From: TPA_inf: Saccharomyces
Taxonomy: Eukaryota
NCBI GenBank assembly: GCA_000146045.2
Contig: BK006949.2
Span: forward strand, 864,001 to 928,000
DNA length: 64,000 bases
Direction: 5' to 3'
Positions 11,368-21,795 of the stretch are shown here, in pieces (the first letter of the stretch is position 1; each line of letters opens with the position of its first letter). The notes beneath the pieces were generated by a model. The model searched no databases. It worked only from the letters and a program-made list of their open reading frames with translations, and was not told where the DNA came from. The position numbers and the translations under genes were made by a program.

Positions 11368-11997
11368 ATGTCACAACAAGTTGGTAACAGTATCAGAAGA
11401 AAGCTGGTAATCGTTGGTGATGGTGCCTGTGGTAAGACATGTTTATTAATCGTCTTTTCCAAGGGCCAATTTCCAGAAGTCTACGTACCAACTGTCTTTG
11501 AAAACTATGTAGCAGATGTTGAAGTTGATGGGCGTCGTGTAGAGCTAGCGCTATGGGATACCGCTGGTCAAGAAGATTATGATAGACTAAGACCATTGTC
11601 ATACCCAGACTCCAATGTCGTATTAATTTGTTTCTCTATCGATCTTCCAGATTCTTTAGAGAATGTACAAGAAAAATGGATTGCCGAAGTATTACATTTC
11701 TGTCAAGGTGTGCCAATTATTCTTGTTGGTTGTAAAGTGGATTTGAGAAACGACCCACAAACCATTGAACAATTAAGACAAGAAGGTCAACAACCCGTTA
11801 CATCACAGGAGGGACAATCTGTAGCAGACCAGATTGGCGCAACCGGATACTACGAATGTTCGGCCAAGACTGGTTATGGTGTCAGAGAAGTGTTTGAGGC
11901 CGCCACTAGAGCTTCATTGATGGGTAAATCTAAAACGAATGGTAAAGCTAAGAAGAACACTACTGAAAAGAAGAAGAAGAAGTGTGTCTTGTTATAG
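11368..11997 (+). CDS. RHO1: Rho-family small GTPase Rho1, 209 aa, C-terminal CVLL prenylation box
   Basis: GTPase motifs GDGACGKT and DTAGQE are present. The C-terminal polybasic stretch plus CVLL (CaaL) motif is typical of a geranylgeranylated Rho protein. The sequence is recognisable as yeast Rho1. Confidence 0.95.
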   Translation: MSQQVGNSIRRKLVIVGDGACGKTCLLIVFSKGQFPEVYVPTVFENYVADVEVDGRRVELALWDTAGQEDYDRLRPLSYPDSNVVLICFSIDLPDSLENVQEKWIAEVLHFCQGVPIILVGCKVDLRNDPQTIEQLRQEGQQPVTSQEGQSVADQIGATGYYECSAKTGYGVREVFEAATRASLMGKSKTNGKAKKNTTEKKKKKCVLL

Positions 11998-12281
11998 GAG
12001 TGTCTCGATCTCTCAGTCGTTAACTTAGTGGCAGATACTGCCCTTTTTCAATCCCATTCCTTTTCTCATTGTATGTACGTATGCCTTTTTTTGTTATTTT
12101 AGCTCTAACTATAGCTACTTGTTTTTCTCCCAGTATGTGTATAATCTTATTCTTCTCTACATATAAGTGTATTGCTCAGTAAGTATTATCATCTATTAAA
12201 GAAGAATAAAAATTATCATGTATTTATTTACAAGTGCGTATCCTATATATATATATATATATACTTTCGCGATAAAATTTT

Positions 12282-12632
<351 letters not shown>

Positions 12633-12846
12633 TTAATGTATATATTTGTCAGTTTACCTTTTCTTTCGTTTTTCCTTTCAATCCTCTTTATCGCAGTTTG
12701 GTTCTTAGTTTGAATATTCCTCTGTTTTCGCTCTTTTCTCGTACAGCGCGAATTCTCCGCCAGCTTTAGAAAGTTGTAATCATTGGTGTTATTAAGGAAT
12801 AAATAATTAGTCACATACATATGGTTATATATCGTACTCTATCTAT

Positions 12847-13632
12847 CTAGGCATCTTGCTTTAAAAATTGCGCGAATCGGCTGGCTTCATGAATTCCACA
12901 CTCGGTCTTGGCCTTGCCCTTCCATCTTCCTGCTCTCTCATCTTCACCTTCCTTGACGGGTTGTGTGGAATGGTAATCACCAATGGATCTATATCCAAGG
13001 TCCAAAAGTTCGTTGTATGGTACATTGTTTGCATCTATATACTGTTTAACCTGCTCGAACGTCCAATTGATCAATGGATTTATTTTTAAGATTCCATTAA
13101 GTTCGTCTATTTCAATAATCGACAGTTGGGAGCGGGCAGAACCTTGTGATTTTCTTCTACCAGTAAACACAGCACTTATATGTAGCTCTTTGTAGGCACG
13201 ATGTGCAGGTTCCACTTTGGCCAGATAATCGTACTTGTCATCATCTTTCTCCCATAAGAAATCCCCGTATTTCGAGGCAAAATCTGCCTCCGATTCACAT
13301 CCATCCGGCTTATATACGTGAATGGTTTGATTTTTAGGCTGGTAGTATTTTTTCTCAATCTCGTTTTTTAGTGTTAAAGTTTGTGGGAAATGGTGCAAAG
13401 TGTCTATAAATAATAGTTCTGGCATGTAGTATTTTTCAGATAGCTTTGACAACATATCGATAGTAACCAAGCCAGTCAAACCAAATGCAGTGGTTTGGAA
13501 AAGGTGAGGAAACGTTACGATAGACCATGCAATAATCTCCTGTGGCGTTTCCAGCTTGATTAGTTGTTCATTCCAATGATCCAACTGTTCTTGTGTGACA
13601 ATTATATCATTATTCAAATGATAGGTCTTCAT
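12847..13632 (-). CDS. MET16: 3'-phosphoadenylylsulfate (PAPS) reductase, 261 aa
   Basis: The product has a PAPS reductase fold. The ATG is confirmed. Upstream Gcn4 and Cbf1 sites fit a MET-regulon gene. Confidence 0.9.
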   Translation of the reverse strand: MKTYHLNNDIIVTQEQLDHWNEQLIKLETPQEIIAWSIVTFPHLFQTTAFGLTGLVTIDMLSKLSEKYYMPELLFIDTLHHFPQTLTLKNEIEKKYYQPKNQTIHVYKPDGCESEADFASKYGDFLWEKDDDKYDYLAKVEPAHRAYKELHISAVFTGRRKSQGSARSQLSIIEIDELNGILKINPLINWTFEQVKQYIDANNVPYNELLDLGYRSIGDYHSTQPVKEGEDERAGRWKGKAKTECGIHEASRFAQFLKQDA

Positions 13633-13773
13633 TTTATGAGTTGCTATGGGTTGATACCTTTGCTGGCCTTAGTTTTGATCTTAAAGCATTGAAAAGGTTA
13701 CAAACAGTACAGTATACTTTTTTTATATCAATATAATACTATCTCTATGAGCTTTTACTTTGTCGAGATTTGC

Positions 13774-13810
13774 TGAGTCATGTTGTGGCTTTTCTTTTAC
13801 TAGCCACGTG
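13774..13810. promoter_or_regulatory. Gcn4 site TGAGTCA (13774-13780) and Cbf1 E-box CACGTGA (13805-13811 core) upstream of MET16
   Basis: Both consensus motifs are exact matches. They sit 140-180 bp upstream of the MET16 ATG on the minus strand, in the MET16/NUT2 divergent intergenic region. MET genes are classically Cbf1/Met4 and Gcn4 targets. Confidence 0.45.
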
Positions 13811-14075
13811 AAATGATGATAAAAATAAAAAGAATAACGACGGAATAAAGAACAGTATGATAAACCGTAAAGATATTTAGAATCAATAGGTGATGTCCAC
13901 CCGGTAACAAGATGCCATTCATGTTAAACTAGGACAAATTTCCTTCTTGTCCCCCCACCATTCTCTTTTATCCAATTCTTTTGTCAGCGCGCATTAAAGA
14001 ACAAGAACTTCGTACTTTTAACTACTAACTCCTGTTTGAGAAAGAGGCAAATATATAGAAAAATAAACCGATAAG

Positions 14076-14549
14076 ATGAATGGAAACAGCACTAACAATG
14101 AACAATTGCAGCAAGAACTGGCCACTACTCAAGACCAAGTGGCTTCGATTATTGAGTCCTTCGTTGAATTAGGTGTCTCGATATATGATTTTCCTGGTAC
14201 TCCAGAAGCCACCAAGGGAATGATCACCAACTTGCAAAGAAATGTGGATCGCTTGTACAAGCTGAACGTGAGAAGCAACGATCCTCAATCCAGCTTGTCT
14301 AAGGTGGACATTCCCTTGGAAGTTGTTCAATACATTGAGGACGGTAGAAATCCAGATATTTACACAAGAGAGTTCGTGGAAGCCATAAGAAGATCCAACC
14401 AATATCAAAGAGGCAAGATGCATGGATTGAAGCAATTAAGAGATTCACTTGCTGACAAGATTGTGGATGAATTTCCAGAGTTGAAAGAACCTGTTGAAGA
14501 TATTATAAAGAGAACATCTCCCATTGACAATGTCTCCAATACTCACTAA
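14076..14549 (+). CDS. NUT2: Mediator subunit Med10/Nut2, 157 aa
   Basis: The 157 aa ORF is recognisable as Nut2/Med10. It is transcribed divergently from MET16. Confidence 0.85.
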
Positions 14550-14689
14550 TAGTAATTTTTCTGATTTTTTTTCTCGCTAGAAAAAAAAAATTTCATGGTT
14601 AGAAAAATTTTAACATAGAAATCATGGCATCATCGCCACAATTGGAAGAGGAAGCAGCTGGGAAATTAGAAACAATCCACGCATCAGCT

Positions 14690-16168
14690 ATGGCAAAGAG
14701 CAAAAAAAAAACAGATGTTGTCGATTCAACAAACCTGCCCATTCTAGAATTACTATCATTAAAAGCTCCCATTTTCCAGTCTCTTTTACATCCTGAACTG
14801 CCCATTATAATAACTGGCTTTGGTACAGGACATATTGTGTGCCATCGTTATGACCCCGCTAAGTTGCAATCGCACCTAGATCGTAGACGTAGAATTGACA
14901 CTGCAACTACAGGCAAGGATGCAAAGAAAGGTGTATGCCCTTGGATTAGATTAGATATAGACCTAGAAACTGGAGATTTGAAATTTGTTGATATTGAAGA
15001 ACAACAGCAACAAAAGCAAACAGGAAAAGATGAAGACTTGGGCGTAAAAACACTTTGGAAGACTAAAAGACATAAAGGTAGTGTCCGTGCCATGTGCTTT
15101 GATTCTAAAGGTGACAATATTTTTTCTGTTGGATCGGATAATGTTTTAAAAAAGGCCAATACTATGACCGGCAAAGTCGTCAAAAAGGTAAACTTAAGCT
15201 CACTGTTTAATTCTGAAGAGAAAAAAAATGATAAATTTACGAAATTATGCGCCTCTCAAACTCACCCATTCATTTTAATAGGCGATGAATCCGGTAATAT
15301 ACACGTAATAAACTCGGAAAACTTGGCATTATCAAATTCCATTCGTTCGATACATTTTGGCGACTCTATCAACGATATTTTCCACTTTGATAAAAGATCT
15401 GCATATAAATTCATTTCTTTGGGCCAGACAACGTTAGCTTATTTTGACGTTCGCGACAAAGATGCCAAACCGAACGTAGCTGGAAACGAGGATGGTAAAA
15501 TTTTGATCAGCGATGATCAGGAGGACGAAGTTCTTTGTGGTTGTTTCGTCGATCCCGAAGTAGCAGATACCCTTTTGTGTGGGATGGGCGAGGGTATTGT
15601 TACCGTCTGGAAACCGAATAAGAATGATTTGGAAGATCAAATGAGCCGTATTAAAATTAGCAAAGATGAAAGTATCGATTGCATTGTTCCTACTTTACAA
15701 GATGATAACTGTGTATGGTGTGGTTGTTCCAATGGTAACATTTATAAAGTAAATGCCAAATTGGGAAAAGTCGTCGAGATAAGAAACCACAGTGAATTGG
15801 ATGAAGTCAGTTTTGTTGATCTAGATTTTGAATACCGTGTTGTTTCTGGTGGTTTGGAAAACATCAAGATATGGGAATTATCGAGTGATGATGTAGAGGA
15901 AAATGCATCGGTAGAGTCCGATAGCGACGAACCCCTCTCCCACTCTGATGAGGATCTAAGTGATGACACTAGTTCTGATGATGAAACGACGCTTGTCGGG
16001 CTCTCAAAGGAAGAGCTATTAGACGAATTAGATAAGGACCTCAAGGAAGATCATCAAGAGGAAAAAGAATCCAACTCAAAATCTGTCAAAAAAAGAAAAA
16101 TAATGAAGGAGAACAACAAAAAAAAGGACCTGTATGAGCATGGGATCAAGAAGTTTGATGATTTATAG
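14690..16168 (+). CDS. JIP5: WD-repeat nucleolar protein Jip5, 492 aa from this ATG
   Basis: WD40-like repeats are followed by an acidic, Ser-rich C-terminal tail and a KKRK basic end. An in-frame ATG also exists at 14624 (see findings). I chose 14690 because it gives the 492-aa product I recall for JIP5. Confidence 0.75.
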   Translation: MAKSKKKTDVVDSTNLPILELLSLKAPIFQSLLHPELPIIITGFGTGHIVCHRYDPAKLQSHLDRRRRIDTATTGKDAKKGVCPWIRLDIDLETGDLKFVDIEEQQQQKQTGKDEDLGVKTLWKTKRHKGSVRAMCFDSKGDNIFSVGSDNVLKKANTMTGKVVKKVNLSSLFNSEEKKNDKFTKLCASQTHPFILIGDESGNIHVINSENLALSNSIRSIHFGDSINDIFHFDKRSAYKFISLGQTTLAYFDVRDKDAKPNVAGNEDGKILISDDQEDEVLCGCFVDPEVADTLLCGMGEGIVTVWKPNKNDLEDQMSRIKISKDESIDCIVPTLQDDNCVWCGCSNGNIYKVNAKLGKVVEIRNHSELDEVSFVDLDFEYRVVSGGLENIKIWELSSDDVEENASVESDSDEPLSHSDEDLSDDTSSDDETTLVGLSKEELLDELDKDLKEDHQEEKESNSKSVKKRKIMKENNKKKDLYEHGIKKFDDL

Positions 16169-16295
16169 ATTATTTCTTTTTTACTAAGAAAAACATATAT
16201 CATTTATATTCAGAAATAAATAGGATTATTAACCTAGTGCTCCCAAAAAAAATAAGTTGAACTGTCTCTTTCGAGAAAAAGAAAGAGAAAAGAAA

Positions 16296-16369
16296 TGGTC
16301 TCTAGCGGGATCGAACCGCTGATCCCCGCGTTATTAGCACGGTGCCTTAACCAACTGGGCCAAGAGACC
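16296..16369 (-). tRNA. tI(AAU): tRNA-Ile, anticodon AAU, 74 nt, no intron
   Basis: The reverse complement folds as a cloverleaf: acceptor GGTCTCT/AGAGACC, anticodon loop CTAATAA (anticodon AAT) and T-arm GGTTCGATCC. An A-box-like TGGCCCAGTTGG and a B-box GGTTCGATCC are present. Confidence 0.9.
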
Positions 16370-16385
16370 ATTATATTGTTAAAGA

Positions 16386-16726
16386 TGTTGTATCTCAAAA
16401 TGGGATACGTCAGTATGACAATACTTCATCCTAAACGTTCATAAAACACATATGAAACAACTTTATAACAAAACGAACAACATGAGGTAAAACCCGGCCT
16501 CCCCTAGCTGAACAACTCAAACGTATAAATGCCTGAACAATTAGTTTAGATCCGAGTTTCCGCGCTTCCACCATTTAGTATGATTCATATTTTATATAAT
16601 ATATAGGATAAGTAACATCCCGTGAATCAAGCTGATAAACAGTTTTGACAACTGGTTACTTCCCTAAGACTGTTTATATTAGGATTGTCAAGACACTCCG
16701 GTATTACTCGAGCCCGTAATACAACA
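16386..16726 (+). mobile_element. Solo sigma element (Ty3 LTR), about 340 bp
   Basis: The element starts TGTTGTATCTCAAAATG and ends with the inverted terminus ...TACAACA. Its internal sequence matches the sigma LTR as I remember it. Its end lies 16 bp from the 5' end of the tRNA gene, the canonical Ty3 target position. Confidence 0.8.
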
Positions 16727-16990
16727 GTGAGCTATTAAAAGAGCTTAAGTATTACAGAGTAATATCAATCATCAATCTTGGATCTAAAGTAATCGTCGAG
16801 ACATTTATACACTTAAGTGATTCCTCTTTACAAGCGGAGCTTACTCTATATATTCATTCTTGTCAGTTTCATAACAGTTGTTTCATACGATTTCCACATG
16901 TGTCTCATATATATTTTATGTTTAGGTTAATAACTTTGGTAATGCTAAATTATCTTAATTTGACGTACACAAATTCTTCCTACTGTTATA
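16727..16990. repeat. Probable second solo-LTR fragment abutting sigma, possibly tau/Ty4-like, boundaries uncertain
   Basis: The segment is AT-rich and ORF-free with an LTR-like composition, sitting immediately next to sigma at a tRNA gene. I cannot align it to a consensus from memory, so the family is not established. Confidence 0.3.
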
Positions 16991-19200
16991 TATGTTCGAA
17001 TTATCTTTTAAATTGTTGCTAAAAAAGTTAGAGTTATCACCAAATCAGTTGAGCAGATCACCATTATTCTTATGTAAATACTTGTTAAAAGAAGTAGCTT
17101 TCGCAAATACACCAATGCATTCGTTGATAATTTACGCAGTAACCTCTTACAGAACGCCTACATACAACTTAAACTCGTAATGTTCAGGCTTATAATGTCA
17201 GTATGCATTGTTACGCTTAGTATAGTTATTAAACTACGGACCAAATTATACTTTAAGCAGTAGTTAAAGAAAGAGATTAAATAAAGAATGATTTACAATC
17301 TAGTCGCAAAAACAAGTACAGTGCTGACGTCCCATCTTTTAATGCCTACTCTTTTGATGTTCACTTACATGTTACAATGAAGCCAAATCACAAACATTCA
17401 AATATATTCCATGGCCTCTTAGTTTGGCAACCCAAGACTCGGCATACCATATTGGTAACGCTGTATTGGAGAGATATATTCTAAAATATTGATAATTAAT
17501 GGCAAAAAGGCAGTATTAATGAAGGTTGAATATGGATCTTAATATAATCGTATAAGAGGGGCATAAAATATACGCCGATTGGTTCAACATTAATTATGAT
17601 CAATATAACAATGCGTCTGGTAATTACCATAACACTTAATGTAGCAACTCGTATAACAAACGTATCATGCTCAATTAATATAACCTTATCTCTGCTTCAG
17701 CACTGTCTGAGCTACTCTTTTAACGTTTCCTTTTGCAATAGGTACCTTCACACTAAAACATATACAATGGGTGCATTTAAATTGTTACCATAGCAACTCA
17801 TATTACGATTCATTACCACTCATTTCAACACAACAACCTCTTGCTATCAAACTTACTTTTGCTTTTATTGCAGATATCTCGTTATTTCTGCAAAAACAGC
17901 ATTCATTGGTAATGACAAGGTCAATTTTGGCTTTTATACATTTCACATGTACAGGATAGTGGAACACATTCCAAGGAGGTGAAGAACGTCCCCTTTGATA
18001 CTTCCATACAAGGACGATTAAAAATACATAAGAGAACAGATCTGCAAAAATGCGTTTTACTTCCTTTACAATCTCAATGCCGATAAATAAGCGCAATGAA
18101 GATTACTCAGCAACTGTATGTTGGCTCATGCGAAATATGAATGTTTCATTCGAGATTACTTATCTTGTTTAACGCTTGAACAGCGTACTGTAACTTCTTG
18201 CTACAGAATGATGGACCCCATTATAATACTACCGCCTTGCGAATGCGCAATTTATTATGATCATGAACCCTGAGAAATCAAATGAATATTTAAAGTGTAT
18301 GCAAAATGGACAAGAACATTATGGTAACATTGTCTACGACAGAATTTATTTTCTGACTTTAATAGTGACGGTTATACGAAATTAATGATTCTTCGAGAGG
18401 CAACTCACTTTACTGCAAATGGACCTGCAGAGTTTGCATCTAGAGGACAATATGCTGCACAAAAACGACCAATATTTACCTTCAACGAAAACAACCTTAA
18501 GAAACCCCTTCAACAACAACGCAGCTATCGTATCGTAGTGGTCTCCATAATGCGTGCACCTCCTTTAGCACTTATCGAGTAATAACATACGCTAGATAAG
18601 TAAAGTGTCCAGGATATTATAATTATATGATATTTCGGGAATGGTTTCTATATCTAGTTTTTTAACTTAGCCTAGACATTCGCCTCGTATTATAAAATAC
18701 ATGAAAGTGACTTGACTGCTTCATGAGAGTTATACTAAGAGCATTCATAACTAGAAGACACATTTTAGTTTTTATTACTGAGTAAGGGTTTAGTTTGTAC
18801 ATACAAGGCAACATGAAATTCAAGGTGCTGATGTTCAGTAAAGCCGCCTAGCTTTACGTGCCGAAATATTGATAATATGTCTCAGCCACTTCCTGGCTTA
18901 ACTATTTAAATGATATTTCTGCATCCATCGGTATGGCGCACAATAAACGGTATCTGAGAATATCGAAAAGAACACCACAATACTACTGAGTGCAAACACA
19001 GAAGAGCGTAGGTGATTCAACTAATTGAGTTAGAAACTGCATCAACGCTGCATAATAAAGATGCTGCTGTTCAGGATCATTTTTTTTAAAGACTGAAAAA
19101 AATTGCTTATCGCTTTGCACGCGACTCTTTTTTCTATTATTTGAAAAATAGCTTAAGGGAAAAGAAAAGAATAGGTAGCTTTCAAAGCAAGAACCTCTAC
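16991..19200. repeat. ORF-poor, AT-rich region with degenerate retrotransposon or LTR-like fragments
   Basis: No ORF longer than about 110 aa occurs over roughly 2.2 kb in an otherwise gene-dense window. Stretches at about 17440-17560 weakly resemble delta sequence in reverse orientation. The call is tentative. Confidence 0.3.
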
Positions 19201-19238
19201 GATAAAGGACAAAGCTAGAAGCAAACACCGCAAAAAAA

Positions 19239-19387
19239 ATGAGACCCGTTGTATCCACTGGTAAGGCATGGTGTTGTACCGTCCTATCGGCATTTGGTGT
19301 AGTAATTCTTTCCGTCATTGCTCATCTCTTCAACACAAACCATGAATCCTTTGTAGGATCAATAAACGATCCTGAAGATGGACCTGC
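19239..19387 (+). CDS. YPR170W-B: Exon 1 of a small intron-containing ORF encoding a predicted 85-aa membrane protein (YPR170W-B)
   Basis: The ATG is at 19239 and exon 1 ends in phase 2. A GTATGT 5' splice site lies at 19388-19393 and a TACTAAC branch point at 19452-19458. The intron is 99 nt. Confidence 0.8.
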
Positions 19388-19486
19388 GTATGTTATATTT
19401 TCTTATTTATTTCGCCGTTACCCATTTACCATCTCTTATATCTCTCCTCCTTACTAACAATTATATTTTAACCCTATTGTTTATAG

Positions 19487-19595
19487 TGTTGCACATACTG
19501 TTTATTTGGCTGCCTTGGTATACCTCGTGTTTTTCGTATTCTGTGGGTTCCAAGTTTACCTAGCCAGAAGAAAACCTTCGATCGAGTTGCGTTAG
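19487..19595 (+). CDS. YPR170W-B: Exon 2 of YPR170W-B
   Basis: The 3' splice site is the TTATAG ending at 19486. The spliced frame reads ...DGP-A-VAHTVYLAALVYLVFFVFCGFQVYLARRKPSIELR* and stops at TAG 19593-19595. Both exons encode hydrophobic helices. Confidence 0.8.
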
Positions 19596-19827
19596 TCTTG
19601 AAGCCAATAGGATAATACCAAATGCATTAATATCGTCCAACTGTTCTATATACTTATCGTAACCTCGTTCCATGTGACATTCTTTTTTATTACACTTTTC
19701 GACAATAGCGAATTGAGTGAAATATTATGAAAGAATATATAGTATAAATATATACATTTATATATGAATTCTAATCAATAAAAGTCACAGTAACCAGCTT
19801 TTCCTAGCTTTTCGAAGTTTCGGAAGT

Positions 19828-21558
19828 ATGACAAAATATGAGCGTGACCCTGAATTGGTGAACTTTCTATCGAAAGTGGAGGATTTGAACTCTAAGAGAT
19901 ACAGTAATATTCCTAGTTCAAAACCAGCGGGGGAAGCGCTTTCACCAGTTAGAAGTCACAACTCTGGGGAATACAGAAGGGCTGATATGATGACAGGGAA
20001 AAATGTGGAAGGTTGCGACAATTTGGCCTACCGATCTGCGTACAATTATGAAATGACGTTTTCTCCAAAGAAGACTCATTACTCATTAAGTGAGCTGAAT
20101 CTCGAACGAATAACGCCAAGGCCGGATTTGGAGGGAAGTGCCTCTCAAAAAGAAAAAAAATTTTTAATTTCTGAAGAAGATTATTTATTATTGCAGAAAT
20201 TGAAAGCCTCTCAAACATATAATGATTCCAATGCTGACAAAAATTTGCCTTCCTTTGAAAAAGGTCCTCGTATGCCCAGTCGGGGTCGACCCAGACCGAG
20301 AGAGAAGGAAATAATCACCATCCAATATGATTTTGAATTACCAGGAAGAGCCGATATACCCTCCTCCTCCTCTTCTTCATCACCACCGCCTTTGCCCACA
20401 AGGCGTGATCATATCAAAATCACAGATGGGAATGAAGAGAAACCGCTTCTTCCAACAAGGCCTAACAAAGCAGAAGTTACAGAAAGTCCGTCATCAAGGT
20501 CAATAAAACCGGATGCTGTGGTACCTGAGCGCGTTAAGCCTGCTCCACCTGTCTCACGCTCTACAAAACCGGCGAGCTTTTTAAGTTCTTTGGAAGATAA
20601 CAAATTGACAAAGGCGAAGAGTTATAATTCGGAAATGGAAACTCCCAAAACAACTGTAAAAAGTTCTCATATCGATTACTTGGATTCCATACAACTAAAA
20701 CCAACCACCTTATCTCCTACAATGAAAAATAAACCTAAACCAACCCCTCCTTCTCCACCTGCGAAAAGAATTCCAAGATCTGAAAGTTTTATCAAGTCTA
20801 TGCTAAACTCGAATCTCACGACAACTTCCAAGCCTTCTTTGCCTGAAAAACCTCAAAAGCTACGGAATGCAAATTTGGCCGCCCATAAGACCAAACCAAG
20901 CATACCGCCAAAGAAAGTGGAGTTGAATATAGTATTACCTGAGCTACGTCCCGTAGAAACTTCTCCAACAAAGCAGAACTTCGAAAACTCAATCGATTTG
21001 CCCAAGTTACGATCCAGCAACCGTAACATTAAAAAAGAAGAGGAGGACAGTATTCCAGAAGCAATAAAAGGTATACAAAATCTGAAGAAAACCAAACAGC
21101 AGAAGCCTGCAATCCCTCAGAAAAAATCATTTCTAACAAATAATTCGAAAAATACTACACTCAAAAATGGTGATGATATTAACAAGTTAAATGACGAAAT
21201 TGAAGCTCTATCATTGCGGAATAACCTGAAGAAACGGCCACCAACGGCGCCACAACGTAAAATTTCTTTGCCAGAGGCATTGCGAAAAGTCGAATTGATG
21301 AAAAAATCTAAAACCGAGCCTGTTTTAGAGTCCTCAAACGAACTGAGCATAAACGCAAAATTAGACGCAATAATTGCCTCTAGAAACTTAAGAGCATCTA
21401 ATACTCTACCAGAACTTAGCGGTGTTAACACTAATATTGCAACTTCTGACAAGTATACTACTTCTAGAGATGAAACAGTGAAGGAAACTAAACCATTAGT
21501 TCACCCGAATAAAAATAGGACTCGTGGTCCCAGAAGAAAACTTCCAACACGCGTGTAA
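19828..21558 (+). CDS. BSP1: Low-complexity Pro/Ser/Lys-rich adaptor protein Bsp1, 576 aa
   Basis: The 576 aa ORF is predicted to be disordered, with PxxP and polybasic stretches. Its size and position match BSP1. Confidence 0.8.
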   Translation: MTKYERDPELVNFLSKVEDLNSKRYSNIPSSKPAGEALSPVRSHNSGEYRRADMMTGKNVEGCDNLAYRSAYNYEMTFSPKKTHYSLSELNLERITPRPDLEGSASQKEKKFLISEEDYLLLQKLKASQTYNDSNADKNLPSFEKGPRMPSRGRPRPREKEIITIQYDFELPGRADIPSSSSSSSPPPLPTRRDHIKITDGNEEKPLLPTRPNKAEVTESPSSRSIKPDAVVPERVKPAPPVSRSTKPASFLSSLEDNKLTKAKSYNSEMETPKTTVKSSHIDYLDSIQLKPTTLSPTMKNKPKPTPPSPPAKRIPRSESFIKSMLNSNLTTTSKPSLPEKPQKLRNANLAAHKTKPSIPPKKVELNIVLPELRPVETSPTKQNFENSIDLPKLRSSNRNIKKEEEDSIPEAIKGIQNLKKTKQQKPAIPQKKSFLTNNSKNTTLKNGDDINKLNDEIEALSLRNNLKKRPPTAPQRKISLPEALRKVELMKKSKTEPVLESSNELSINAKLDAIIASRNLRASNTLPELSGVNTNIATSDKYTTSRDETVKETKPLVHPNKNRTRGPRRKLPTRV

Positions 21559-21795
21559 CTACAGAGTAGACCTCCGTATTTTACACATGTATGTACGTAC
21601 ATATGATGTAACAATAATATGATAATTTAATGGGATACATGTATTATCGTCACTTCCCACGTTTGCGCTTTGACATTTGCTCCCCTTATGAACCTGAAGG
21701 AATATAAATCATCGATCTTTTTGCTACACTTTTCCTCCCTTATTAGAAAATAGCAGTAAAATTACAGGCTATTCAAACCCTGAAACATCTCAATT

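Noticed and set aside
16913-16924. 11/11 match to the ARS consensus sequence (ATTTTATGTTTA)
   Set aside because: It lies inside LTR-derived AT-rich DNA where chance matches are expected. It has no supporting B elements that I can verify and no knowledge of an origin here.
17596-18096. Several 60-100 aa ORFs in the LTR-rich region (e.g. 17803-18096 minus)
   Set aside because: Their translations are low-complexity and contain stop-rich neighbouring frames, consistent with decayed retroelement sequence rather than genes.
18983-19318. 111-aa minus-strand ORF upstream of BSP1
   Set aside because: It overlaps exon 1 of the spliced YPR170W-B gene on the opposite strand and has a low-complexity translation. 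It is probably a dubious ORF.
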